Source: Eledone cirrhosa (taxonomy: Eukaryota). From it: a stretch of DNA of 64,000 nucleotides. The position numbers and the translations under genes are program-made. The stretch spans positions 246,698,001-246,762,000 of the forward strand of contig OZ024741.1 of the NCBI GenBank assembly GCA_964016885.1. The letters run 5' to 3'. Position 1 is the first letter of the stretch. Each line of letters opens with the position of its first letter. Below are positions 13,201 through 27,800 of this stretch, piece by piece. The notes under the pieces were generated by a model. The model was not told where the DNA came from, ran no database searches, and saw nothing but the letters and a program-made list of their open reading frames with translations.

Positions 13201-16200
13201 CCCCCTGATTTTTTTTACAAATTATCTCCGCCTGATTTTTTTAAATGTTATCTCTCCTTGGCTGGCGGGAAATTATCTCCCCTTGGACGGCTGGAAATTA
13301 TCTCCCCTTGGAAGGATGGAAATTATTTCCCCTTGGACGGCTGGAAATTATCTACCCCTGATTTTTTTTACAAATTATCTCCCCCTGATTTTTTTTACAA
13401 ATTATCTCCCCCTGATTTTTTTTTACAAATTATCTACCCCTGATTTTTTTACAAATTATCTCCCCTTGGCTGGCTGGAAATTATCTCCCCTTGGACGGCT
13501 AGAAATTACCTGTCCTTGGACGGCTGAAAATTATCTCCCCTTGGACGGCTGGAAATTATCTCCCCTTGATTTTTTTACAAATTATCTCCCCCTGATTTTT
13601 TTTTACAAATTATCTCCCCCTGATTTTTTTTTACAAATTATCTACCCCTGATTTTTTTTTACAAATTATCTCCCCTTGATTTTTTTTACAAATTATCTCC
13701 CCCTGATTTTTTTTTACAAATTATCTCCCCCTGATTTTTTTTTACAAATTATCTCCCCCTGATTTTTGTTTACAAATTATCTCCGCCTGATTTTTTTAAA
13801 AAAATTATCTCCCCTTGGACGGCTGGAAATTATCTCCCCTTGGACGGCTAGAAATTACCTCTCCTTGGACGGCTGAAAATTATCTCCCCTTGGACGGCTG
13901 GAAATTATCTCCCTTTGATTTTTTTACAAATTATCTCCCCCTGATTTTTTTTTTACAAATTATCTCCCCCTGATTTTTTTTTACAAATTATCTACCCCTG
14001 ATTTTTTTTTACAAATTATCTCCCCCTGATTTTTTTTACGAATTATCTCCCCCTGATTTTTTTTTACAAATTATCTCCCCCTGATTTTTTTAAATGTTAT
14101 CTCTCCTTGGCTGGCGGGAAATTATCTCCCCTTGGACGGCTGGAAATTATCTCCCCTTGGAAGGATGGAAATTATCTCCCCTTGGACGGCTGAAAATTAT
14201 CTACCCCTGATTTTTTTTACAAATTATCTCCCCCTGATTTTTTTACAAATTATCTCCGCCTGATTTTTTTAAATGTTATCTCTCCTTGGCTGGCGGGAAA
14301 TTATCTCCCCTTGGACAGCTGGAAATTATCTCCCCTTGGAAGGATGGAAATTATCTCCCCTTGGACGGCTGAAAATTATCTACCCCTGATTTTTTTTACA
14401 AATTATCTCCCCCTGATTTTTTTTACAAATTATCTCCCCCTGATTTTTTTTACAAATTATCTACCCCTGATTTTTTTTACAAATTATCTCCCCCTGATTT
14501 TTTTTACAAATTATCTCCCCCTGATTTTTTTTTACAAATTATCTCCCCCTGATTTTTTTTTTACAAATTATCTCCCCCTGATTTTTTTACAAATTATCTC
14601 CCCCTGATTTTTTTTACAATCTCCGCCTGATTTTTTAAAAAATTATCTTCCCTTGGCTGGCGGGAAATTATCTCCCCTTGGACGGCTGGAAATTATCTCC
14701 TCTTGGAAGGATGGAAATTATCTCCCCTTCGACGGCTGGAAATTATCTCCCCTTGCACGGCTGGAAATTATAGCCCCTTGGAGGGCTGGAAATTATCTCC
14801 CCTTGATATTTTTTACAAATTATCTCCCCCTGATTTTTTTTTCAAATTATCTCCCCCTGATTTTTTTTACAAATTATCTCCCCCCTGATTTTTTTACAAA
14901 TTATCTCCCCTTGGCTGGCTGGAAATTATCTCCCCTTGGAGGCTGGAACTTATCTCCCCTTGGACGGCTAGAAATTACCTCTCCTTGGACGGCTGGAAAA
15001 TATGACTCCTTGGACGGCTGGATATTATCTCCCCTTGGACTGCTGGAAATTATCTCCCCTTGGACGGCTGGAAATTATCTCCCCTTGGATGGCTAGATAT
15101 TACCTCCCCTTGGACGGCTGGAAATTATCTCCCCTTGATTATTTTTACAAATTATCTCCCCCTGATTTTTTTTTACAAATTATCTCCCCCTGATTTTTTT
15201 TTACAAATTATCTCCCCCTGATTTTTTTTTAAAAATTATCTCCCCCTGATTTTTGTTTACAAATTATCTCCGCCTGATTTTTTTTTAAAAATTATCTCCC
15301 CTTGGACGGCTGGAAATTATCTCCCCTTGGACGGCTGGAAATTATATCTCCTTGGACGGCTAGAATTTACCTCTCCTTGGACGGCTGAAAATTATCTCCC
15401 CTTGGACGGCTGGAAATTATCTCCCCTTGATTTTTTTTACAAATTATCTCCCCCTGATTTTTTTTTACAAATTATCTCCCCCTGATTTTTTTTTACAAAT
15501 TATCTCCCCCTGATTTTTTTTTACAAATTATTTCCGCCTGATTTTTTTTACAAATTATCTCCGCCTGATTTTTTTAAATATTATCTCTCCTTGGCTGGCG
15601 GGAAATTATCTCCCCTTGGACGGCTGGAAATTATCTCCCCTTGGAAGGATGGAAATTATCTCCCCTTGGACGGCTGGAAATTATCTACCCCTGATTTTTT
15701 TTACAAATTATCTCCCCCTGATTTTTTTACAAATTATCTCCCCCTGATTTTTTTTACAAATTATCTCCGCCTGATTTTTTTAAATGTTATCTCTCCTTGG
15801 CTGGCGGGAAATTATCTCCCCTTGGACGGCTGGAAATTATCTCCCCTTGGAAGGATGGAAATCATCTCCCCTTGGACGGCTGAAAATTATCTACCCCTGA
15901 TTTTTTTTACAAATTATCTCCCCCTGATTTTTTTTACAAATTATCTCCCCCTGATTTTTTTTACAAATTATCTACCCCTGATTTTTTCTACAAATTATCT
16001 CCCCCTGATTTTTTTTACAAATTATCTCCCCCTGATTTTTTTTTTACAAATTATCTCCCCCTGATTTTTTTACAAATTATCTCCCACTGATTTTTTTTTT
16101 ACAAATTATCTCCCCCTGATTTTTTTACAAATTATCTCCCCTTGGCTGGCTGGAAATTTTCTCCCCTTGGAGGCTGGAACTTATCTCCCCTTGGACGGCT

Positions 16201-19200
16201 AGAAATTACCTCTCCTTGGACGGCTGGAAAATATGTCTCCTTGGACGGCTGGATATTATCTCCCCTTGGACGGCTGGAAATTATCTCCCCTTGGACGGCT
16301 GGAAATTATCTCCCCTTGGATGGCTAGATATTACCTCCCCTTGGACGGCTGGAAATTATCTCCCCTTGATTTTTTTTACAAATTATCTCCCCCTGATTTT
16401 TTTTTACAAATTATCTCCCCCTGATTTTTGTTTACAAATTATCTCCGCCTGATTTTTTAAAAAAAATTATCTCCCCTTGGACGGCTGGAAATTATCTCCC
16501 CTTGGACGGCTAGAAATTACCTCCTTGGACGGCTGAAAATTATCTCCCCTTGGACGGCTGGAAATTATCTCCCCTTGATTTTTTTACAAATTATCTCCCC
16601 CTGATTTTTTTTTACAAATTATCTCCCCCTGATTTTTTTTTACAAATTATCTCCCCCTGATTTTTTTTTACAAATTATCTACCCCTGATTTTTTTTTACA
16701 AATTATCTCCCCCTGATTTTTTTTACGAATTATCTCCCCCTGATTTTTTTTTACAAATTATCTCCCCCTGATTTTTTTAAATGTTATCTCTCCTTGGCTG
16801 GCGGAAAATTATCTCCCCTTGGACGGCTGGAAATTATCTCCCCTTGGAAGGATGGAAATTATCTCCCCTTGGACGGCTGAAAATTATCTACCCCTGATTT
16901 TTTTTACAAATTATCTCCCCCTGATTTTTTTACAAATTATCTCCGCCTGATTTTTTTAAATGTTATCTCTCCTTGGCTGGCGGGAAATTATCTCCCCTTG
17001 GACGGCTGGAAATTATCTCCCCTTGGAAGGATGGAAATTATCTCCCCTTGGACGGCTGAAAATTATCTACCCCTAACTTTTTTTACAAATTATCTCCCCC
17101 TAATTTTTTTTACAAATTATCTCCCCCTGATTTTTTTTACAAATTATCTACCCCTGATTTTTTTTACAAATTATCTCCCCCTGATTTTTTTTACAAATTA
17201 TCTCCCCCTGATTTTTTTTTACAAATTATCTCCCCCTGATTTTTTTTTTACAAATTATCTCCCCCTGATTTTTTTACAAATTATCTCCCCCTGATTTTTT
17301 TTACAATCTCCGCCTGATTTTTTAAAAAATTATCTTCCCTTGGCTGGCGGGAAATTATCTCCCCTTGGACGGCTGGAAATTATCTCCTCTTGGAAGGATG
17401 GAAATTATCTCCCCTTGGACGGCTGGAAATTATCTCCCCTTGCACGGCTGGAAATTATAGCCCCTTGGAGGGCTGGAAATTATCTCCCCTTGATATTTTT
17501 TACAAATTATCTCCCCCTGATTTTTTTTTCAAATTATCTCCCCCTGATTTTTTTTACAAATTATCTCCCCCCTGATTTTTTTACAAATTATCTCCCCTTG
17601 GCTGGCTGGAAATTATCTCCCCTTGGAGGCTGGAACTTATCTCCCCTTGGACGGCTAGAAATTACCTCTCCTTGGACGGCTGGAAAATATGTCTCCTTGG
17701 ACGGCTGGATATTATCTCCCCTTGGACGGCTGGAAATTATCTCCCCTTGGACGGCTGGAAATTATCTCCCCTTGGATGGCTAGATATTACCTCCCCTTGG
17801 ACGGCTGGAAATTATCTCCCCTTGATTATTTTTACAAATTATCTCCCCCTGATTTTTTTTTACAAATTATCTCCCCCTGATTTTTTTTTACAAATTATCT
17901 CCCCCTGATTTTTTTTTAAAAATTATCTCCCCCTGATTTTTGTTTACAAATTATCTCCGCCTGATTTTTTTTTAAAAATTATCTCCCCTTGGACGGCTGG
18001 AAATTATCTCCCCTTGGACGGCTGGAAATTATATCTCCTTGGACGGCTAGAATTTACCTCTCCTTGGACGGCTGAAAATTATCTCCCCTTGGACGGCTGG
18101 AAATTATCTCCCCTTGATTTTTTTTACAAATTATCTCCCCCTGATTTTTTTTTACAAATTATCTCCCCCTGATTTTTTTTTACAAATTATCTCCCCCTGA
18201 TTTTTTTTTACAAATTATTTCCGCCTGATTTTTTTTACAAATTATCTCCGCCTGATTTTTTTAAATATTATCTCTCCTTGGCTGGCGGGAAATTATCTCC
18301 CCTTGGACGGCTGGAAATTATCTCCCCTTGGAAGGATGGAAATTATCTCCCCTTGGACGGCTGGAAATTATCTACCCCTGATTTTTTTTACAAATTATCT
18401 CCCCCTGATTTTTTTACAAATTATATCCCCCTGATTTTTTTTACAAATTATCTCCGCCTGATTTTTTTAAATGTTATCTCTCCTTGGCTGGCGGGAAATT
18501 ATCTCCCCTTGGACGGCTAGAAATTACCTCTCCTTGGACGGCTGAAAATTATCTCCCCTTGGACGGCTGGAAATTATCTCCCCTTGATTTTTTTACAAAT
18601 TATCTCCCCCTGATTTTTTTTTTACAAATTATCTCCCCCTGATTTTTTTTTACAAATTATCTACCCCTGATTTTTTTTTACAAATTATCTCCCCCTGATT
18701 TTTTTTACGAATTATCTCCCCTTGATTTTTTTTTACAAATTATCTCCCCCTGATTTTTTTAAATGTTATCTCTCCTTGGCTGGCGGGAAATTATCTCCCC
18801 TTGGACGGCTGGAAATTATCTCCCCTTGGAAGGATGGAAATTATCTCCCCTTGGACGGCTGAAAATTATCTACCCCTGATTTTTTTTACAAATTATCTCC
18901 CCCTGATTTTTTTACAAATTATCTCCGCCTGATTTTTTTAAATGTTATCTCTCCTTGGCTGGCGGGAAATTATCTCCCCTTGGACGGCTGGAAATTATCT
19001 CCCCTTGGAAGGATGGAAATTATCTCCCCTTGGACGGCTGAAAATTATCTACCCCTGATTTTTTTTACAAATTATCTCCCCCTGATTTTTTTTACAAATT
19101 ATCTCCCCCTGATTTTTTTTACAAATTATCTACCCCTGATTTTTTTTACAAATTATCTCCCCCTGATTTTTTTTACAAATTATCTCCCCCTGATTTTTTT

Positions 19201-21852
19201 TTACAAATTATCTCCCCCTGATTTTTTTTTTACAAATTATCTCCCCCTGATTTTTTTACAAATTATCTCCCCCTGATTTTTTTTACAATCTCCGCCTGAT
19301 TTTTTAAAAAATTATCTTCCCTTGGACGGCTGGAAATTATCTCCTCTTGGAAGGATGGAAATTATCTCCCCTTGGACGGCTGGAAATTATCTCCCCTTGC
19401 ACGGCTGGAAATTATAGCCCCTTGGAGGGCTGGAAATTATCTCCCCTTGATATTTTTTACAAATTATCTCCCCCTGATTTTTTTTTCAAATTATCTCCCC
19501 CTGATTTTTTTTACAAATTATCTCCCCCCTGATTTTTTTACAAATTATCTCCCCTTGGCTGGCTGGAAATTATCTCCCCTTGGAGGCTGGAACTTATCTC
19601 CCCTTGGACGGCTAGAAATTACCTCTCCTTGGACGGCTGGAAAATATGTCTCCTTGGACGGCTGGATATTATCTCCCCTTGGACGGCTGGAAATTATCTC
19701 CCCTTGGACGGCTGGAAATTATCTCCCCTTGGATGGCTAGATATTACCTCCCCTTGGACGGCTGGAAATTATCTCCCCTTGATTATTTTTACAAATTATC
19801 TCCCCCTGATTTTTTTTTACAAATTATCTCCCCCTGATTTTTTTTTACAAATTATCTCCCCCTGATTTTTTTTTTAAAATTATCTCCCCCTGATTTTTGT
19901 TTACAAATTATCTCCGCCTGATTTTTTTTTAAAAATTATCTCCCCTTGGACGGCTGGAAATTATCTCCCCTTGGACGGCTGGAAATTATATCTCCTTGGA
20001 CGGCTAGAATTTACCTCTCCTTGGACGGCTGAAAATTATCTCCCCTTGGACGGCTGGAAATTATCTCCCCTTGATTTTTTTTACAAATTATCTCCCCCTG
20101 ATTTTTTTTTAAAAATTATCTCCCCCTGATTTTTGTTTACAAATTATCTCCGCCTGATTTTTTTTTAAAAATTATCTCCCCTTGGACGGCTGGAAATTAT
20201 CTCCCCTTGGACGGCTGGAAATTATATCTCCTTGGACGGCTAGAATTTACCTCTCCTTGGACGGCTGAAAATTATCTCCCCTTGGACGGCTGGAAATTAT
20301 CTCCCCTTGATTTTTTTTACAAATTATCTCCCCCTGATTTTTTTTTACAAATTATCTCCCCCTGATTTTTTTTTACAAATTATCTCCCCCTGATTTTTTT
20401 TTACAAATTATTTCCGCCTGATTTTTTTTACAAATTATCTCCGCCTGATTTTTTTAAATATTATCTCTCCTTGGCTGGCGGGAAATTATCTCCCCTTGGA
20501 CGGCTGGAAATTATCTCCCCTTGGAAGGATGGAAATTATCTCCCCTTGGACGGCTGGAAATTATCTACCCCTGATTTTTTTTACAAATTATCTCCCCCTG
20601 ATTTTTTTACAAATTATCTCCCCCTGATTTTTTTTACAAATTATCTCCGCCTGATTTTTTTAAATGTTATCTCTCCTTGGCTGGCGGGAAATTATCTCCC
20701 CTTGGACGGCTGGAAATTATCTCCCCTTGGAAGGATGGAAATCATCTCCCCTTGGACGGCTGAAAATTATCTACCCCTGATTTTTTTTACAAATTATCTC
20801 CCCCTGATTTTTTTTACAAATTATCTCCCCCTGATTTTTTTTACAAATTATCTACCCCTGATTTTTTCTACAAATTATCTCCCCCTGATTTTTTTTACAA
20901 ATTATCTCCCCCTGATTTTTTTTTTACAAATTATCTCCCCCTGATTTTTTTACAAATTATCTCCCACTGATTTTTTTTTTACAAATTATCTCCCCCTGAT
21001 TTTTTTACAAATTATCTCCCCTTGGCTGGCTGGAAATTTTCTCCCCTTGGAGGCTGGAACTTATCTCCCCTTGGACGGCTAGAAATTACCTCTCCTTGGA
21101 CGGCTGGAAAATATGTCTCCTTGGACGGCTGGATATTATCTCCCCTTGGACGGCTGGAAATTATCTCCCCTTGGACGGCTGGAAATTATCTCCCCTTGGA
21201 TGGCTAGATATTACCTCCCCTTGGACGGCTGGAAATTATCTCCCCTTGATTTTTTTTACAAATTATCTCCCCCTGATTTTTTTTTACAAATTATCTCCCC
21301 CTGATTTTTGTTTACAAATTATCTCCGCCTGATTTTTTAAAAAAAATTATCTCCCCTTGGACGGCTGGAAATTATCTCCCCTTGGACGGCTAGAAATTAC
21401 CTCCTTGGACGGCTGAAAATTATCTCCCCTTGGACGGCTGGAAATTATCTCCCCTTGATTTTTTTACAAATTATCTCCCCCTGATTTTTTTTTACAAATT
21501 ATCTCCCCCTGATTTTTTTTTACAAATTATCTCCCCCTGATTTTTTTTTACAAATTATCTACCCCTGATTTTTTTTTACAAATTATCTCCCCCTGATTTT
21601 TTTTACGAATTATCTCCCCCTGATTTTTTTTTACAAATTATCTCCCCCTGATTTTTTTAAATGTTATCTCTCCTTGGCTGGCGGGAAATTATCTCCCCTT
21701 GGACGGCTGGAAATTATCTCCCCTTGGAAGGATGGAAATTATCTCCCCTTGGACGGCTGAAAATTATCTACCCCTGATTTTTTTTACAAATTATCTCCCC
21801 CTGATTTTTTTACAAATTATCTCCGCCTGATTTTTTTAAATGTTATCTCTCC
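4227..21852 (+). repeat. Tandem duplication of an ~8.8-kb segment (~4227-13051 and ~13052-21852)
   Basis: ORF-track offsets are 8825-8826, then 8801 after a 25-bp loss at ~19322. Private variants are shared at 5491/14317 (GGACAGCT), 5904/14730 (CTTCGACG), ATATGACTCC, GGACTGCTGG and GCGGAAAATT, together with a 236-bp internal duplication. Confidence 0.9.
11091..11562 (+). repeat. 236-bp local tandem duplication of the S block plus B monomers (repeated at ~19892-20363)
   Basis: GATTTTTGTT occurs at 11091 and 11327, and again at 19892 and 20128. Both pairs are 236 bp apart. Confidence 0.85.
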
Positions 21853-24800
21853 TTGGCTGGCGGGAAATTATCTCCCCTTGGACGGCTGGAAATTATCTCC
21901 CCTTGGAAGGATGGAAATTATCTCCCCTTGGACGGCTGAAAATTATCTACCCCTAACTTTTTTTACAAATTATCTCCCCCTGATTTTTTTTACAAATTAT
22001 CTCCCCCTGATTTTTTTTACAAATTATCTACCCCTGATTTTTTTTACAAATTATCTCCCCCTGATTTTTTTTACAAATTATCTCCCCCTGATTTTTTTTT
22101 ACAAATTATCTCCCCCTGATTTTTTTTTTACAAATTATCTCCCCCTGATTTTTTTACAAATTATCTCCCCCTGATTTTTTTTACAATCTCCGCCTGATTT
22201 TTTAAAAAATTATCTTCCCTTGGCTGGCGGGAAATTATCTCCCCTTGGACGGCTGGAAATTATCTCCTCTTGGAAGGATGGAAATTATCTCCCCTTGGAC
22301 GGCTGGAAATTATCTCCCCTTGCACGGCTGGAAATTATAGCCCCTTGGAGGGCTGGAAATTATCTCCCCTTGATATTTTTTACAAATTATCTCCCCCTGA
22401 TTTTTTTTTCAAATTATCTCCCCCTGATTTTTTTTACAAATTATCTCCCCCCTGATTTTTTTACAAATTATCTCCCCTTGGCTGGCTGGAAATTATCTCC
22501 CCTTGGAGGCTGGAACTTATCTCCCCTTGGACGGCTAGAAATTACCTCTCCTTGGACGGCTGGAAAATATGTCTCCTTGGACGGCTGGATATTATCTCCC
22601 CTTGGACGGCTGGAAATTATCTCCCCTTGGACGGCTGGAAATTATCTCCCCTTGGATGGCTAGATATTACCTCCCCTTGGACGGCTGGAAATTATCTCCC
22701 CTTGATTATTTTTACAAATTATCTCCCCCTGATTTTTTTTTACAAATTATCTCCCCCTGATTTTTTTTTACAAATTATCTCCCCCTGATTTTTTTTTAAA
22801 AATTATCTCCCCCTGATTTTTGTTTACAAATTATCTCCGCCTGATTTTTTTTTAAAAATTATCTCCCCTTGGACGGCTGGAAATTATCTCCCCTTGGACG
22901 GCTGGAAATTATATCTCCTTGGACGGCTAGAATTTACCTCTCCTTGGACGGCTGAAAATTATCTCCCCTTGGACGGCTGGAAATTATCTCCCCTTGATTT
23001 TTTTTACAAATTATCTCCCCCTGATTTTTTTTTACAAATTATCTCCCCCTGATTTTTTTTTACAAATTATCTCCCCCTGATTTTTTTTTACAAATTATTT
23101 CCGCCTGATTTTTTTTACAAATTATCTCCGCCTGATTTTTTTAAATATTATCTCTCCTTGGCTGGCGGGAAATTATCTCCCCTTGGACGGCTGGAAATTA
23201 TCTCCCCTTGGAAGGATGGAAATTATCTCCCCTTGGACGGCTGGAAATTATCTACCCCTGATTTTTTTTACAAATTATCTCCCCCTGATTTTTTTACAAA
23301 TTATCTCCCCCTGATTTTTTTTACAAATTATCTCCGCCTGATTTTTTTAAATGTTATCTCTCCTTGGCTGGCGGGAAATTATCTCCCCTTGGACGGCTAG
23401 AAATTACCTCTCCTTGGACGGCTGAAAATTATCTCCCCTTGGACGGCTGGAAATTATCTCCCCTTGATTTTTTTACAAATTATCTCCCCCTGATTTTTTT
23501 TTTACAAATTATCTCCCCCTGATTTTTTTTTACAAATTATCTACCCCTGATTTTTTTTTACAAATTATCTCCCCCTGATTTTTTTTACGAATTATCTCCC
23601 CCTGATTTTTTTTTACAAATTATCTCCCCCTGATTTTTTTAAATGTTATCTCTCCTTGGCTGGCGGGAAATTATCTCCCCTTGGACGGCTGGAAATTATC
23701 TCCCCTTGGAAGGATGGAAATTATCTCCCCTTGGACGGCTGAAAATTATCTACCCCTGATTTTTTTTACAAATTATCTCCCCCTGATTTTTTTACAAATT
23801 ATCTCCGCCTGATTTTTTTAAATGTTATCTCTCCTTGGCTGGCGGGAAATTATCTCCCCTTGGACGGCTGGAAATTATCTCCCCTTGGAAGGATGGAAAT
23901 TATCTCCCCTTGGACGGCTGAAAATTATCTACCCCTGATTTTTTTTACAAATTATCTCCCCCTGATTTTTTTTACAAATTATCTCCCCCTGATTTTTTTT
24001 ACAAATTATCTACCCCTGATTTTTTTTACAAATTATCTCCCCCTGATTTTTTTTACAAATTATCTCCCCCTGATTTTTTTTTACAAATTATCTCCCCCTG
24101 ATTTTTTTTTTACAAATTATCTCCCCCTGATTTTTTTACAAATTATCTCCCCCTGATTTTTTTTACAATCTCCGCCTGATTTTTTAAAAAATTATCTTCC
24201 CTTGGCTGGCGGGAAATTATCTCCCCTTGGACGGCTGGAAATTATCTCCTCTTGGAAGGATGGAAATTATCTCCCCTTGGACGGCTGGAAATTATCTCCC
24301 CTTGCACGGCTGGAAATTATAGCCCCTTGGAGGGCTGGAAATTATCTCCCCTTGATATTTTTTACAAATTATCTCCCCCTGATTTTTTTTTCAAATTATC
24401 TCCCCCTGATTTTTTTTACAAATTATCTCCCCCCTGATTTTTTTACAAATTATCTCCCCTTGGCTGGCTGGAAATTATCTCCCCTTGGAGGCTGGAACTT
24501 ATCTCCCCTTGGACGGCTAGAAATTACCTCTCCTTGGACGGCTGGAAAATATGTCTCCTTGGACGGCTGGATATTATCTCCCCTTGGACGGCTGGAAATT
24601 ATCTCCCCTTGGACGGCTGGAAATTATCTCCCCTTGGATGGCTAGATATTACCTCCCCTTGGACGGCTGGAAATTATCTCCCCTTGATTATTTTTACAAA
24701 TTATCTCCCCCTGATTTTTTTTTACAAATTATCTCCCCCTGATTTTTTTTTACAAATTATCTCCCCCTGATTTTTTTTTTAAAATTATCTCCCCCTGATT

Positions 24801-27800
24801 TTTGTTTACAAATTATCTCCGCCTGATTTTTTTTTAAAAATTATCTCCCCTTGGACGGCTGGAAATTATCTCCCCTTGGACGGCTGGAAATTATATCTCC
24901 TTGGACGGCTAGAATTTACCTCTCCTTGGACGGCTGAAAATTATCTCCCCTTGGACGGCTGGAAATTATCTCCCCTTGATTTTTTTTACAAATTATCTCC
25001 CCCTGATTTTTTTTTACAAATTATCTCCCCCTGATTTTTTTTTACAAATTATTTCCGCCTGATTTTTTTTACAAATTATCTCCGCCTGATTTTTTTAAAT
25101 ATTATCTCTCCTTGGCTGGCGGGAAATTATCTCCCCTTGGACGGCTGGAAATTATCTCCCCTTGGAAGGATGGAAATTATCTCCCCTTGGACGGCTGGAA
25201 ATTATCTACCCCTGATTTTTTTTACAAATTATCTCCCCCTGATTTTTTTACAAATTATCTCCCCCTGATTTTTTTTACAAATTATCTCCGCCTGATTTTT
25301 TTAAATGTTATCTCTCCTTGGCTGGCGGGAAATTATCTCCCCTTGGACGGCTGGAAATTATCTCCCCTTGGAAGGATGGAAATCATCTCCCCTTGGACGG
25401 CTGAAAATTATCTACCCCTGATTTTTTTTACAAATTATCTCCCCCTGATTTTTTTTACAAATTATCTCCCCCTGATTTTTTTTACAAATTATCTACCCCT
25501 GATTTTTTCTACAAATTATCTCCCCCTGATTTTTTTTACAAATTATCTCCCCCTGATTTTTTTTTTACAAATTATCTCCCCCTGATTTTTTTACAAATTA
25601 TCTCCCACTGATTTTTTTTTTACAAATTATCTCCCCCTGATTTTTTTACAAATTATCTCCCCTTGGCTGGCTGGAAATTTTCTCCCCTTGGAGGCTGGAA
25701 CTTATCTCCCCTTGGACGGCTAGAAATTACCTCTCCTTGGACGGCTGGAAAATATGTCTCCTTGGACGGCTGGATATTATCTCCCCTTGGACGGCTGGAA
25801 ATTATCTCCCCTTGGACGGCTGGAAATTATCTCCCCTTGGATGGCTAGATATTACCTCCCCTTGGACGGCTGGAAATTATCTCCCCTTGATTTTTTTTAC
25901 AAATTATCTCCCCCTGATTTTTTTTTACAAATTATCTCCCCCTGATTTTTGTTTACAAATTATCTCCGCCTGATTTTTTAAAAAAAATTATCTCCCCTTG
26001 GACGGCTGGAAATTATCTCCCCTTGGACGGCTAGAAATTACCTCCTTGGACGGCTGAAAATTATCTCCCCTTGGACGGCTGGAAATTATCTCCCCTTGAT
26101 TTTTTTACAAATTATCTCCCCCTGATTTTTTTTTACAAATTATCTCCCCCTGATTTTTTTTTACAAATTATCTCCCCCTGATTTTTTTTTACAAATTATC
26201 TACCCCTGATTTTTTTTTACAAATTATCTCCCCCTGATTTTTTTTACGAATTATCTCCCCCTGATTTTTTTTTACAAATTATCTCCCCCTGATTTTTTTA
26301 AATGTTATCTCTCCTTGGCTGGCGGGAAATTATCTCCCCTTGGACGGCTGGAAATTATCTCCCCTTGGAAGGATGGAAATTATCTCCCCTTGGACGGCTG
26401 AAAATTATCTACCCCTGATTTTTTTTACAAATTATCTCCCCCTGATTTTTTTACAAATTATCTCCGCCTGATTTTTTTAAATGTTATCTCTCCTTGGCTG
26501 GCGGGAAATTATCTCCCCTTGGACGGCTGGAAATTATCTCCCCTTGGAAGGATGGAAATTATCTCCCCTTGGACGGCTGAAAATTATCTACCCCTAACTT
26601 TTTTTACAAATTATCTCCCCCTGATTTTTTTTACAAATTATCTCCCCCTGATTTTTTTTACAAATTATCTACCCCTGATTTTTTTTACAAATTATCTCCC
26701 CCTGATTTTTTTTACAAATTATCTCCCCCTGATTTTTTTTTACAAATTATCTCCCCCTGATTTTTTTTTTACAAATTATCTCCCCCTGATTTTTTTACAA
26801 ATTATCTCCCCCTGATTTTTTTTACAATCTCCGCCTGATTTTTTAAAAAATTATCTTCCCTTGGCTGGCGGGAAATTATCTCCCCTTGGACGGCTGGAAA
26901 TTATCTCCTCTTGGAAGGATGGAAATTATCTCCCCTTGGACGGCTGGAAATTATCTCCCCTTGCACGGCTGGAAATTATAGCCCCTTGGAGGGCTGGAAA
27001 TTATCTCCCCTTGATATTTTTTACAAATTATCTCCCCCTGATTTTTTTTTCAAATTATCTCCCCCTGATTTTTTTTACAAATTATCTCCCCCCTGATTTT
27101 TTTACAAATTATCTCCCCTTGGCTGGCTGGAAATTATCTCCCCTTGGAGGCTGGAACTTATCTCCCCTTGGACGGCTAGAAATTACCTCTCCTTGGACGG
27201 CTGGAAAATATGTCTCCTTGGACGGCTGGATATTATCTCCCCTTGGACGGCTGGAAATTATCTCCCCTTGGACGGCTGGAAATTATCTCCCCTTGGATGG
27301 CTAGATATTACCTCCCCTTGGACGGCTGGAAATTATCTCCCCTTGATTATTTTTACAAATTATCTCCCCCTGATTTTTTTTTACAAATTATCTCCCCCTG
27401 ATTTTTTTTTACAAATTATCTCCCCCTGATTTTTTTTTAAAAATTATCTCCCCCTGATTTTTGTTTACAAATTATCTCCGCCTGATTTTTTTTTAAAAAT
27501 TATCTCCCCTTGGACGGCTGGAAATTATCTCCCCTTGGACGGCTGGAAATTATATCTCCTTGGACGGCTAGAATTTACCTCTCCTTGGACGGCTGAAAAT
27601 TATCTCCCCTTGGACGGCTGGAAATTATCTCCCCTTGATTTTTTTTACAAATTATCTCCCCCTGATTTTTTTTTACAAATTATCTCCCCCTGATTTTTTT
27701 TTACAAATTATCTCCCCCTGATTTTTTTTTACAAATTATTTCCGCCTGATTTTTTTTACAAATTATCTCCGCCTGATTTTTTTAAATATTATCTCTCCTT

